Source of the DNA: Parcubacteria group bacterium GW2011_GWA2_51_10
Lineage (GTDB): Bacteria; Patescibacteriota; Minisyncoccia; Phycocordibacterales; UBA2100
Direction of reading: 5' to 3'
NCBI GenBank assembly: GCA_001004265.1
Contig: LCQS01000001.1
Coordinates: 2,324-66,323 of the forward strand
Length of the DNA: 64,000 bases
This document shows, piece after piece, positions 1-7,150 of this stretch (positions are counted from its first letter, which is position 1; every line of letters begins with the position of its first letter). Both the position numbers and the translations under genes were made by a program. The notes beneath the pieces were generated by a model. That model worked only from the letters and a program-made list of their open reading frames with translations. It was not told where the DNA came from and made no database searches.

Positions 1-156
1 ACGACGTGTGAGTTTCGCGCGGAGTATGCATGCTATCGTGAGGCATCCTGCGGAAGACAATTGAACGGTCGCTGCGGATGGACAGAAACTGTCGAGCTTC
101 GCCAATGCCTTCAGAATTCTCCAGCGGTTGATGGAAATATTGAAGTCGTTTTCTAA
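1..156 (+). CDS. C-terminal fragment of an ORF cut by the window edge; Cys-rich tail, function unknown
   Basis: Frame 1 is open from nt 1 to TAA at 154-156 (TTCEFRAEYACYREASCGRQLNGRCGWTETVELRQC...VVF*). No family recognised. Confidence 0.3.
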   Translation, partial: TTCEFRAEYACYREASCGRQLNGRCGWTETVELRQCLQNSPAVDGNIEVVF

Positions 157-294
157 TCTTTGCGCAGAGTTCCCCGAAGCTCTGCTGCGGCGGTGGACTG
201 CGCAAAGGGCGGAGGGGGTCGGGGAACCGCATCCGGTTCTCCGTGGAGGAGAGCAGCGAGCGAAGCGAGCGTTGAGAACCGACGGTTCTCAAAA

Positions 295-333
295 AATAAA
301 ATACCTCGTCAGCTTGCTGCGAGGTATTTTATT
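295..333 (+). terminator. Stem-loop with U-rich 3' arm, likely intrinsic terminator of the upstream gene
   Basis: AATAAAATACCTCG (295-308) pairs perfectly with CGAGGTATTTTATT (320-333), with an 11-nt loop. A second 7-bp hairpin, GAGAACC/GGTTCTC, lies at 274-290. Confidence 0.6.
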
Positions 334-341
334 CTATGGAT

Positions 342-350
342 GGGTATAAT
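342..350 (+). promoter_or_regulatory. Extended -10 element (TGGGTATAAT)
   Basis: TATAAT at 345-350 preceded by TGG, 38 nt upstream of the GTG at 388. Confidence 0.4.
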
Positions 351-387
351 TCTCCCCACGTTGCTGCGACAGGGGTACAATTGAGGA

Positions 388-1065
388 GTGAAAACAAATG
401 AGGTGCGGGCTAAAGCAGTTACCTTAAGACAGCAGGGAAAGACATATTCGGAAATCCGCAATACTCTGACGGTCGATATACCGAAATCGACACTTTCCTA
501 TTGGTGTCGAGGTACCAAAATGTCTCGCGAAAGTCGCACAAGAATTGAGCTACTCTCACTCAGAAATTTAGCAATCGGGCGCGTCGTAGCTCTTGAGCTA
601 AAGCGAGCAACAAGGCGGGAAATGGAGAATCGTATGCGCGTAGATAATAAATTTCTGCAAAAACGTTTTAGACACGATAAGAATATTCAAAAGATCGCAT
701 TGGTCATGCTCTATTTAGCTGAAGGATCAAAGACCGATAGACGATCAGTAATGTTCGGTAATTCAAGCCCCGGTGTCATTAGATTATTTCTGAATTTATT
801 ACGAGCGGCCTTTCCCGTTGACGAGAAGAAGTTTAGGGTAACTGTTCAATGTCGCGCGGATCAAAACGTTCCAAGCCTCGAACGTTTTTGGAGTGATCTA
901 ACGCGCATACCCAGAAGACAATTTTATAGGGCACAGATAGATAGGCGCTCGATAAACAAGCCAACGCGTAAAGTTGAATATAAGGGCGTATGCCGGATCG
1001 ATTATTTTTCTTCAGCTATAGATTTTGAACTCAAACATATAGCAGAAGAGCTTCAAGAGATGTAA
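388..1065 (+). CDS. Free-standing LAGLIDADG-like homing-endonuclease-family protein with N-terminal helix-turn-helix
   Basis: N-terminus QQGKTYSEIRNTL...STLSYW is HTH-like. LYLAEGSK resembles the LAGLIDADG helix (xxLAxGxG/K). Size 225 aa. Start codon uncertain (GTG at 388 abuts GAGGAG). Confidence 0.5.
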   Translation: MKTNEVRAKAVTLRQQGKTYSEIRNTLTVDIPKSTLSYWCRGTKMSRESRTRIELLSLRNLAIGRVVALELKRATRREMENRMRVDNKFLQKRFRHDKNIQKIALVMLYLAEGSKTDRRSVMFGNSSPGVIRLFLNLLRAAFPVDEKKFRVTVQCRADQNVPSLERFWSDLTRIPRRQFYRAQIDRRSINKPTRKVEYKGVCRIDYFSSAIDFELKHIAEELQEM

Positions 1066-1082
1066 TATGCCTCAAATCTTCT

Positions 1083-1158
1083 GGGCCCGTAGCTCAATTG
1101 GTAGAGCGTCCGCATGGCATGCGGGAGGTAAGGGGATCGTAACCCCTCGGGTCCACCA
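1083..1158 (+). tRNA. tRNA-Ala (anticodon GGC) with encoded CCA
   Basis: Hand-folded cloverleaf: acceptor GGGCCCG/CGGGTCC with the G3:U70 alanine identity pair, D arm GCTC...GAGC, anticodon stem TCCGC/GCGGG with loop AT-GGC-AT, T arm AGGGG/CCCCT, 3' ACCA. Confidence 0.9.
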
Positions 1159-1417
1159 AATTTGATTTGACGAATAACACAACCCGCCCGCGCCCCCGCG
1201 CGACCGGAGGGAGCGCGTCCGAGTCGCTTTCCAGCGTGATCGGGGCGCTTCGGTTTTGAGTCACCACGCCGACCCAGTAGGTCATTCTGTTGAATGAGGA
1301 GCGTGCGACATCTGGGGTTCTGTTGGAAGTGCGTCCGAACTTATTAATACAATGACCACAGAGAGCATGGTATGCTATACGAAAGGTCGTTAATGGGCTC
1401 ATTTAAACGGCGCTTTT

Positions 1418-1669
1418 ATGGCGGAAAAACAAGTTGGTACAGTTACGCATTGGTACGATAAAATCGGCGTGGCGGTCGTTCGGCTCACCGGGAAGCTCGG
1501 TAAGGGCGACGCGATCGTAGTGCGAAAGGGCGATGAGGAATTTGAAGATACTGTCGCATCGCTGCAGATCGATCACGAGGATGTCACGGCAGCGAAAAAG
1601 GGAGATGATGCGGCAATCAAACTTTCGCAGCGCGCAAAAGAAGGTTCGGGAGTTTTTTTGGCTAGCTAA
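1418..1669 (+). CDS. Small translation-elongation-factor-like beta-barrel protein (EF-Tu domain 2-like)
   Basis: 83 aa. GTVTHWYDKIGVAVVRL...GDAIVV...V.SLQIDHEDV..AKKGD..AIKL matches the pattern of stand-alone EF-Tu domain II-like proteins. Confidence 0.55.
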   Translation: MAEKQVGTVTHWYDKIGVAVVRLTGKLGKGDAIVVRKGDEEFEDTVASLQIDHEDVTAAKKGDDAAIKLSQRAKEGSGVFLAS

Positions 1670-1704
1670 CGTTCATTCCCCAGTGCATCTCGGACGAGCC
1701 GAGC

Positions 1705-2070
1705 ATGGCCTGGGGCGTGATATGCTTTTTTATCATGGACGGTGGAATGCATCATCTGCACACGCGAAAAAGATTATATCGGACGCACGAGCGATATCCG
1801 CACCCGATTTTTTGGAAACGATGCCTCGATTATGTGATGTATGGCGCGGCGATAGCCGCGCCTGTCGCTCTTATGCCGCAGGTGTGGACGCTCTATTCGC
1901 AAAAAAATGCTTCTGGTCTCGCATTGCCGACGTGGGTGGCCCTCGGCTTGATCAACATCCTTTGGGTGTTGTATTCATTCGCGCATCGTGAGCCGCCGCT
2001 TGGAATAGCAAATGCGCTATTTGCAATGCTCAACTTCAGCATTGTCGCCGGCATTTTAATCTACGGCTAA
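1705..2070 (+). CDS. PQ-loop / SemiSWEET-like small membrane transporter
   Basis: Three predicted TM helices and a PQ motif (ALMPQVWTLY). The true start is probably an internal Met (about 1735 or 1747). Confidence 0.5.
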   Translation: MAWGVICFFIMDGGMHHLHTRKRLYRTHERYPHPIFWKRCLDYVMYGAAIAAPVALMPQVWTLYSQKNASGLALPTWVALGLINILWVLYSFAHREPPLGIANALFAMLNFSIVAGILIYG

Positions 2071-2096
2071 GGCTATTAGTTGGTACCGGCGCGCCA

Positions 2097-2669
2097 TTAC
2101 GGCGCCAATATATTTTTGGGCCGTACAGAACGATGCAGAAGACGCAGAACGAAATAATCGAGCCCATAATATCCAGCGACTTTCCACGCAAGGACAAGCG
2201 CAATCCCAAGTGTGAACATTATTGGATTGACAGATACAGTACCGGCAAGCATAAAATTGAGATTCATAAAAATACCGAAAAATGCCGAGATACCGACGAG
2301 AAGACCCACGATGAGAGCAATGCCGACGAGTAACTCTCCCCAGGCGATAAATGTGCTCCATATTTCCGCATTCGGCAAGACGACGTTCTCCAAGAAATAT
2401 GCATACCAACCCTGAACGTCAGGGTGCGCGCCACCGGTTTTTTCGAGCGCTCCTTTTACAAAACCGGTAATGGCTGTACCTGCCGCATCTCCGACCCATG
2501 CTGGGTTATGTAATTTTCCCCATCCAGCCTCCAACCACAGCCAGCCGACATATACGCGGACAATGAGCCAGAGAACCGAACTTCTTGTGTCTGAAAGAAG
2601 AAAATGTGAGAAAGGGGATTCCTCAACCAGGTAGCGACGCATCGAATAACTATATATGCACATTCCCAA
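2097..2669 (-). CDS. DoxX/DoxD-like membrane protein
   Basis: Four TM segments. LIVRVYVGWLWLEAGWGKL and WGELLVGIALIVG resemble the DoxX family. Confidence 0.55.
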   Translation of the reverse strand: MGMCIYSYSMRRYLVEESPFSHFLLSDTRSSVLWLIVRVYVGWLWLEAGWGKLHNPAWVGDAAGTAITGFVKGALEKTGGAHPDVQGWYAYFLENVVLPNAEIWSTFIAWGELLVGIALIVGLLVGISAFFGIFMNLNFMLAGTVSVNPIMFTLGIALVLAWKVAGYYGLDYFVLRLLHRSVRPKNILAP

Positions 2670-2760
2670 TTACCGAGCGATTTTATAGAGACGTGTGAAC
2701 AAGTTGTCACACATCATCGACATTCAATTTGCGCCGGAGAGAGTGTGCGGAAATTTTTCC

Positions 2761-2828
2761 CGCGGCAAGCCCCGTTAGAGACAAAAACGCGCTGCGAGCC
2801 CTCGCGGTCTCTAACGGGGCTTGCCGCG
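2761..2828. repeat. Perfect 22-bp inverted repeat containing the CCCGTTAGAG motif
   Basis: CGCGGCAAGCCCCGTTAGAGAC (2761-2782) and GTCTCTAACGGGGCTTGCCGCG (2807-2828), with a 24-nt loop. It lies in the divergent region between the DoxX-like and glycosidase genes. Confidence 0.85.
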
Positions 2829-2844
2829 CTCAGTGAGAGTCCTC

Positions 2845-2853
2845 TGATATACT
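2845..2853 (+). promoter_or_regulatory. Extended -10 (TGATATACT) placed 6 nt before the ATG, a leaderless-type layout
   Basis: TATACT at 2848-2853, TG at 2845-2846, ATG at 2860. No Shine-Dalgarno sequence in between. Confidence 0.45.
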
Positions 2854-2859
2854 CGAACG

Positions 2860-3909
2860 ATGGATATTCTTCACGAGGTCCGCAAGCTTCTTGAAGAAAA
2901 TCGCCGCATCACGGACGGTCACCAGTACACCGTGCCCTCCGGCGATCATTACCCCTATCAATGGCTCTGGGATTCGTGTTTTCACGCCATCATCCTCGCG
3001 CAATATGACGTGGAATCTGCGAAGGCCGAGATACGATCGCTGCTTTCAAAGCAGTTCTCAAGCGGTCTTGTGCCCCACATCATCTATTGGGCGCCCGGCA
3101 TTCTCCACCTCTTCCGCTGGGGTGTGGAGGGCACCAGCTCTATAACTCAGCCGCCGATGATCGCATACGCCGCGTGGGAGATACATCGCCGCTCGGAGGA
3201 CACGCCGTTCCTTGCCTCTATCTTTCCTGCACTTATTGCTTACTATGATTTCTTACTTTCAGAGCGTGATCCGAATAGCCATCATCTTGCCAGCATTATT
3301 AGTCCGGATGAATCCGGTGAGGACAACTCGCCTCGCTTTGACGTTCCTCTCGGGGTAACTCCCGCTGTCTCACTCAAGGATCATCTCGCGAAACGTACTG
3401 AGCTTGTGGAGAAAAACAGAGAGTGCAATTTTGACGCGCGATACTGCATGCGGGATTTCTTTTGGGTGAAAGACGTGCTTTTTAATACGGTATTGGTGGA
3501 GAATCTGCGCGTGCTTGCGAAAATCGCTGCACATCTCAATAGAGGTGAGCACGAGAGAACTCTTCTACGAAATGCCGATGCGGTTGCCGGCGCAATGCGA
3601 GAGAAGATGTTTGAAGATGGTTGCGCGCGATTCGGCATACGTACAACCTCGCTTCATGAGATGTCGTACCGATCGCAGGCGGAAGCTTTTTCGTGGCGAG
3701 GACCAGTGTGGATCGGTGCTCATTGGTTTATCTATCGTGGGCTCAAACGATATGGGTTTACAGAGGAAGCCGCTGAAATTTGCGATAAAAGCAAGTTACT
3801 GCTTGAACGTTCCGGATTTCGCGAGTGCTTTAATCCGGAAACAGGAAAGGGGCTAGGTGCACACAATTTCACGTGGGGCGCTCTGGTTCTTGATATGATG
3901 GAACAGTGA
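2860..3909 (+). CDS. Six-hairpin glycoside hydrolase (GH63 / trehalase / debranching-enzyme C-domain-like)
   Basis: Motifs YPYQWLWDSCFHA and DESGEDNSPRFD are typical of (alpha/alpha)6 glucosidases. 349 aa. Confidence 0.6.
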   Translation: MDILHEVRKLLEENRRITDGHQYTVPSGDHYPYQWLWDSCFHAIILAQYDVESAKAEIRSLLSKQFSSGLVPHIIYWAPGILHLFRWGVEGTSSITQPPMIAYAAWEIHRRSEDTPFLASIFPALIAYYDFLLSERDPNSHHLASIISPDESGEDNSPRFDVPLGVTPAVSLKDHLAKRTELVEKNRECNFDARYCMRDFFWVKDVLFNTVLVENLRVLAKIAAHLNRGEHERTLLRNADAVAGAMREKMFEDGCARFGIRTTSLHEMSYRSQAEAFSWRGPVWIGAHWFIYRGLKRYGFTEEAAEICDKSKLLLERSGFRECFNPETGKGLGAHNFTWGALVLDMMEQ

Positions 3910-4102
3910 ATCCCGTTAGAGATGCTGCAATACATGATCGATATATGGTTAAGACTGAAGAATATTACATTGCGCATCAAGGTATCATGACAATAAACGG
4001 AAACGCCTAAACTAATTACATGCTTGACCGAATATGATCACTAAGCTCGATAGCGAATGCCATTGCGCTAATGCAATAGGCGCTTCCTATCTCTAACGGG
4101 AT
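3910..4102 (+). repeat. Long-range 14-bp perfect inverted repeat (CCCGTTAGAG family) clamping the glycosidase stop to the kinase start
   Basis: ATCCCGTTAGAGAT (3910-3923) starts 1 nt after TGA (3907-3909). ATCTCTAACGGGAT (4089-4102) ends on the AT of ATG (4101). Confidence 0.85.
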
Positions 4103-4949
4103 GAAGATCGCATTCGATATCGGCGGCACATCAATGCGCGTGGCGCTTGCTGCAGCTGATCGCGTCAGCGAAGCGCGCAGAATATTCACTCCGCAGGATC
4201 CGAAAGATGGTGTCAAAGCGCTCGCGAACCTAATGCGCGAATGCGCGGGAGATGAATCAATCGAAGCCGCAGTGGGCGGTTTCCCCGGCGTAGTGGGTGG
4301 TGGCGCAATTCAATACGCGCCCAATCTTCCGGAGTGGAAGGATGTCTTGCTTGCCGAGGAGCTTACGCGCGCGCTTGAGGCGCCCGTAGAGGTGTTGAAC
4401 GATGGAGACTGCGCCGCGCTCGGAGAGGCGGCGTACGGCGCAGGCAGAGGCGCACGTATTGTTGCTTATGTCGGCATCGGCACCGGTATCGGCTGCGGCC
4501 GCATAATAGATGGCCGCATCGACAGTGGTGTCTACGATTTAGAGGCGGGGCACCAGATCGTGGATGCAAAAGAAGGCAGGGAATTGGAGGAGCTCGTTTC
4601 CGGACGCGCTTTTGAGAAGCGTTATGGCGTCCATCCGAGCAAGGCACCGCGCGAAGGGTACTCGGAAATGACGCCCATTCTCGCCGCCGGACTTTACAAT
4701 ATGGTACTGCATTGGTCGCCCGAAGTTTTCGTGCTCGGAGGCGGAATGATGAACGAAAATAACGGCTATCGACTTCTCGATGTCGCATCGGCGCTTAAGC
4801 GCTTTTCCTCGCCTTATCCGAAACTTCCCGAGCTTCGTCTTGCAGAGCACAAAGACGCGTCAGGTTTATACGGCGCTCTCGCTCTCATGCAAAATCCGCA
4901 GATGGGGGTTTATCCGAAATTCGATAAACAACAGAGCCGACCTCTCTAA
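4101..4949 (+). CDS. ROK/ASKHA-family sugar kinase (glucokinase-like)
   Basis: MKIAFDIGGTSMRVAL phosphate-1 motif, LNDGDCAALGEA, GIGTGIGCG. The classic ROK CxCGxxGC zinc motif is not seen. Confidence 0.7.
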   Translation: MKIAFDIGGTSMRVALAAADRVSEARRIFTPQDPKDGVKALANLMRECAGDESIEAAVGGFPGVVGGGAIQYAPNLPEWKDVLLAEELTRALEAPVEVLNDGDCAALGEAAYGAGRGARIVAYVGIGTGIGCGRIIDGRIDSGVYDLEAGHQIVDAKEGRELEELVSGRAFEKRYGVHPSKAPREGYSEMTPILAAGLYNMVLHWSPEVFVLGGGMMNENNGYRLLDVASALKRFSSPYPKLPELRLAEHKDASGLYGALALMQNPQMGVYPKFDKQQSRPL

Positions 4950-6483
4950 TTTCATTCGTGATGCGCCGCGACACGTGATCAAGAAAATCGTATGGCAATT
5001 GCGCGAAGCGCGCCGTGAATCCGTTCACGCTTGTCACTGCCCAAAGCGCAACGACATGACCAGCGCCAGCATCGTCGCCTTTCGTAAACGTATGCATTGA
5101 ATGCGTTACAGTTGCGCCAGCTTGCCAGACCGTTTCGTACAAATCTGCGGCACGCAATTCTTCTATATATATTCCGTCAACGGCGCGGGCAATTCGTAAG
5201 CTCTCTTCGTTAACTTCGCCCTCGATGCGGACAACTAGCCCTGGGCCAGGGAATGGGTGTCTCCAAATAAGATCTTCGGGAATGCCGATATCGCGGCCGA
5301 TAGAGCGTGCCGAATCTTTTACTTGATCCGAAAGCGGTTCGATTTTCGGGACAGAGAAATCCAATCCGGTATTGTGATGAACTTTTATCTCGGCAATTCG
5401 TGCGCCTGTAGCGTGTCCGAATCCGCTCTCGCGCAAATCCGTATAAAGCGTGCCCTGCGCGATAAAATCTGCGCCAAATGATTTTATTTTTTCATTTAGA
5501 ACTGCCTTATAAACATCTCGCATGGCAACGCGCTTGTCTCGCATCTCAGTTTTTCCCGACAATGCCTTAAGAAATTCTGCCGTTGCATCAACTATTTCCA
5601 ATTTTATCCAATCCTCACTTCCGAAATATTTTTGCACATATGCCTCATCATCAGGCCTATCAATTCCTTTTATATAAACTCCCAGGAGTACATTTTTTTT
5701 CCCTGCGAGCACTTCTTTTAGGAGATATGCCACGACGGAAGAATCCGAACCGCCAGAGAGCGCGATGACAACTTTTTTATCGCCGATCTTTTCACGCAAT
5801 TCACTTATCTTTGCCTCCGATACGTTGTGCGCAGGGAATCTATCGGTGATCTTACAAATTTTGAAACAGAAATTCTCGTACATTCGTGCTCCCTCGAGAG
5901 TCTCCGTGACTTCCGGATGAAATTGAACTCCCACAAGATGCTTGTATCTTCCAGCTGCGACCGGTGAATTTGTGGTGGAGCCGAGGATTTGTATGACCGC
6001 GTCCGGAAAAATTGCGTCGCCATGACTTTCCAAGACCGGCGTTTCTCTAGCGAGTCCGTCGAAAAGCTCATCGTCGTGAGCGATGCGAAGACTATGCACT
6101 CCGAATTCGCGCTTTGCCTGCGGAGTAACTTTTGCTCCGACATGTTTTGCCCACATTTGAAATCCAAGACAAACGCCGAGAGTAGGAATTCCTAAATCAA
6201 AGATTTTGTTATCAAAAGGCGGCGGCTCATCTTGTACGGAGGCGGGGCCGCCGGAAACAATAATTCCAGCGGGTTGCAATTTCTTCACATCATCCGCGGT
6301 AACACTTGCCGGATCTGCAACGAGACTGTAAACACCCAATTTGGAAAGCGTTTGGACGATCAGATGATCGAACTGCGAACCCATTGAAAAGAGAAGAATA
6401 AGATGCTTTGTTTTCCGCACCTTCATTTCTTCTGCAATCTCGGCAAGAGTCTCTGGATCCGCAGATTTGAATAACGAGAGCAT
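4885..6483 (-). CDS. guaA: GMP synthase (glutamine-hydrolysing)
   Basis: GATase Cys in GVCLGFQ, His in FHPE, ATP-pyrophosphatase P-loop SGGSDSSV, C-terminal dimerisation domain ending ...DKPPSADFA. Confidence 0.92.
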   Translation of the reverse strand: MLSLFKSADPETLAEIAEEMKVRKTKHLILLFSMGSQFDHLIVQTLSKLGVYSLVADPASVTADDVKKLQPAGIIVSGGPASVQDEPPPFDNKIFDLGIPTLGVCLGFQMWAKHVGAKVTPQAKREFGVHSLRIAHDDELFDGLARETPVLESHGDAIFPDAVIQILGSTTNSPVAAGRYKHLVGVQFHPEVTETLEGARMYENFCFKICKITDRFPAHNVSEAKISELREKIGDKKVVIALSGGSDSSVVAYLLKEVLAGKKNVLLGVYIKGIDRPDDEAYVQKYFGSEDWIKLEIVDATAEFLKALSGKTEMRDKRVAMRDVYKAVLNEKIKSFGADFIAQGTLYTDLRESGFGHATGARIAEIKVHHNTGLDFSVPKIEPLSDQVKDSARSIGRDIGIPEDLIWRHPFPGPGLVVRIEGEVNEESLRIARAVDGIYIEELRAADLYETVWQAGATVTHSMHTFTKGDDAGAGHVVALWAVTSVNGFTARFAQLPYDFLDHVSRRITNEIREVGSVVYRISDKPPSADFA

Positions 6484-6574
6484 GATTGCGCGATTTTAAC
6501 ACTGGTTTGACGACACTGTAAGCGCGTTTTGTATTCATGCTCTTTTTATACGTCATGTGGATAACTGGCTTGCG

Positions 6575-6619
6575 GTGGGGTATAGTGGTGTATATTCCAT
6601 ATTAGTGGGAGAAAGTGGG
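6575..6619 (+). promoter_or_regulatory. Putative MraZ operator: four GTGG(G/T) boxes phased at 10 bp
   Basis: GTGGG at 6575, GTGGT at 6585, GTGGG at 6605 and GTGGG at 6615, ending 12 nt upstream of the mraZ ATG (6631). TATAGT and TATATT -10-like hexamers lie between the boxes. Confidence 0.6.
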
Positions 6620-6630
6620 ATAAACGAATT

Positions 6631-7065
6631 ATGCTGATAGGAGAATACGAACACACGCTCGACGAGAAAAAGCGAGTTTCGCTGCCCAAACCGTTTTCCA
6701 AAACATTGGGAAAGAAAATGGTTTTGACGCGCGGGCTCGATACATGCCTTTTTCTTTTTTCACAAGACGCATGGGAGAAAGTCGCAGAAAAATTGCAGGC
6801 GCTTTCATTTGCACAAGCAGACACGCGTGGATTCAATCGGTTTCTTTTATCTGGTGCGGTTGAGGTTGAGGCGGATGGAGCCGGCCGAATCCTCATTCCG
6901 GACCATCAGAAGCAATTCGCAAATCTCAAGCGCGCGGTCGTATTCGCGGGAGTTTCCGACCGGGTCGAGATCTGGGATGCGGCGCTTTGGAAGAACTACA
7001 AGACACGCATCGAAAAACAAGCTGATGCGATGGCAGAGAAGCTGGGAGAAATTGGAGCACTATAA
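6631..7065 (+). CDS. mraZ: Transcriptional regulator MraZ
   Basis: Two SpoVT/AbrB-like halves (DEKKRVSLP and DGAGRILIP). First gene of the dcw-type cluster. Confidence 0.92.
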   Translation: MLIGEYEHTLDEKKRVSLPKPFSKTLGKKMVLTRGLDTCLFLFSQDAWEKVAEKLQALSFAQADTRGFNRFLLSGAVEVEADGAGRILIPDHQKQFANLKRAVVFAGVSDRVEIWDAALWKNYKTRIEKQADAMAEKLGEIGAL

Positions 7066-7150
7066 GTAGTAAGTAGTAAGTAGTAAGTAGTAATTCAAAC
7101 GAGCAAATTAGACGATACCTACTAACTACTTTCTACTAACTACTAACTAG
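7063..7150 (+). repeat. Heptad-phased stop-codon module pair: (TAAGTAG)x4 plus complementary CTACTAA-type arm
   Basis: GTAG at 7066, 7073, 7080 and 7087. CTAC at 7119, 7126, 7133 and 7140, then CTAG at 7147. It starts on the mraZ TAA and ends on the rsmH GTG. Confidence 0.9.

Noticed and set aside
1094-1402. 102-aa minus-strand ORF
   Set aside because: It runs antisense straight through tRNA-Ala (1083-1158) and has no recognisable motifs. It is most likely a chance ORF in a GC-rich tract.
1159-1417. SRP RNA, RNase P RNA, tmRNA or 6S RNA in the GC-rich tract after tRNA-Ala
   Set aside because: I could not find the hallmark strings: GGAAGCAGCC-type SRP helix 8, the GAGGAAAGTCC RNase P CR-I, or a tRNA-like tmRNA terminus. 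It remains only an unexplained non-coding region.
4885-4949. 65-nt convergent overlap of the kinase and guaA 3' ends
   Set aside because: guaA ends at its normal C-terminus (...KPPSADFA). The kinase simply carries a roughly 20-aa non-conserved tail until the first stop in that frame. There is no evidence of special function.
7063-7150. Heptad repeat arrays as a CRISPR array or other spacer-containing array
   Set aside because: The units are 7 nt with no unique spacers, the arrays are 30-40 nt long, and no cas genes are present in the window.
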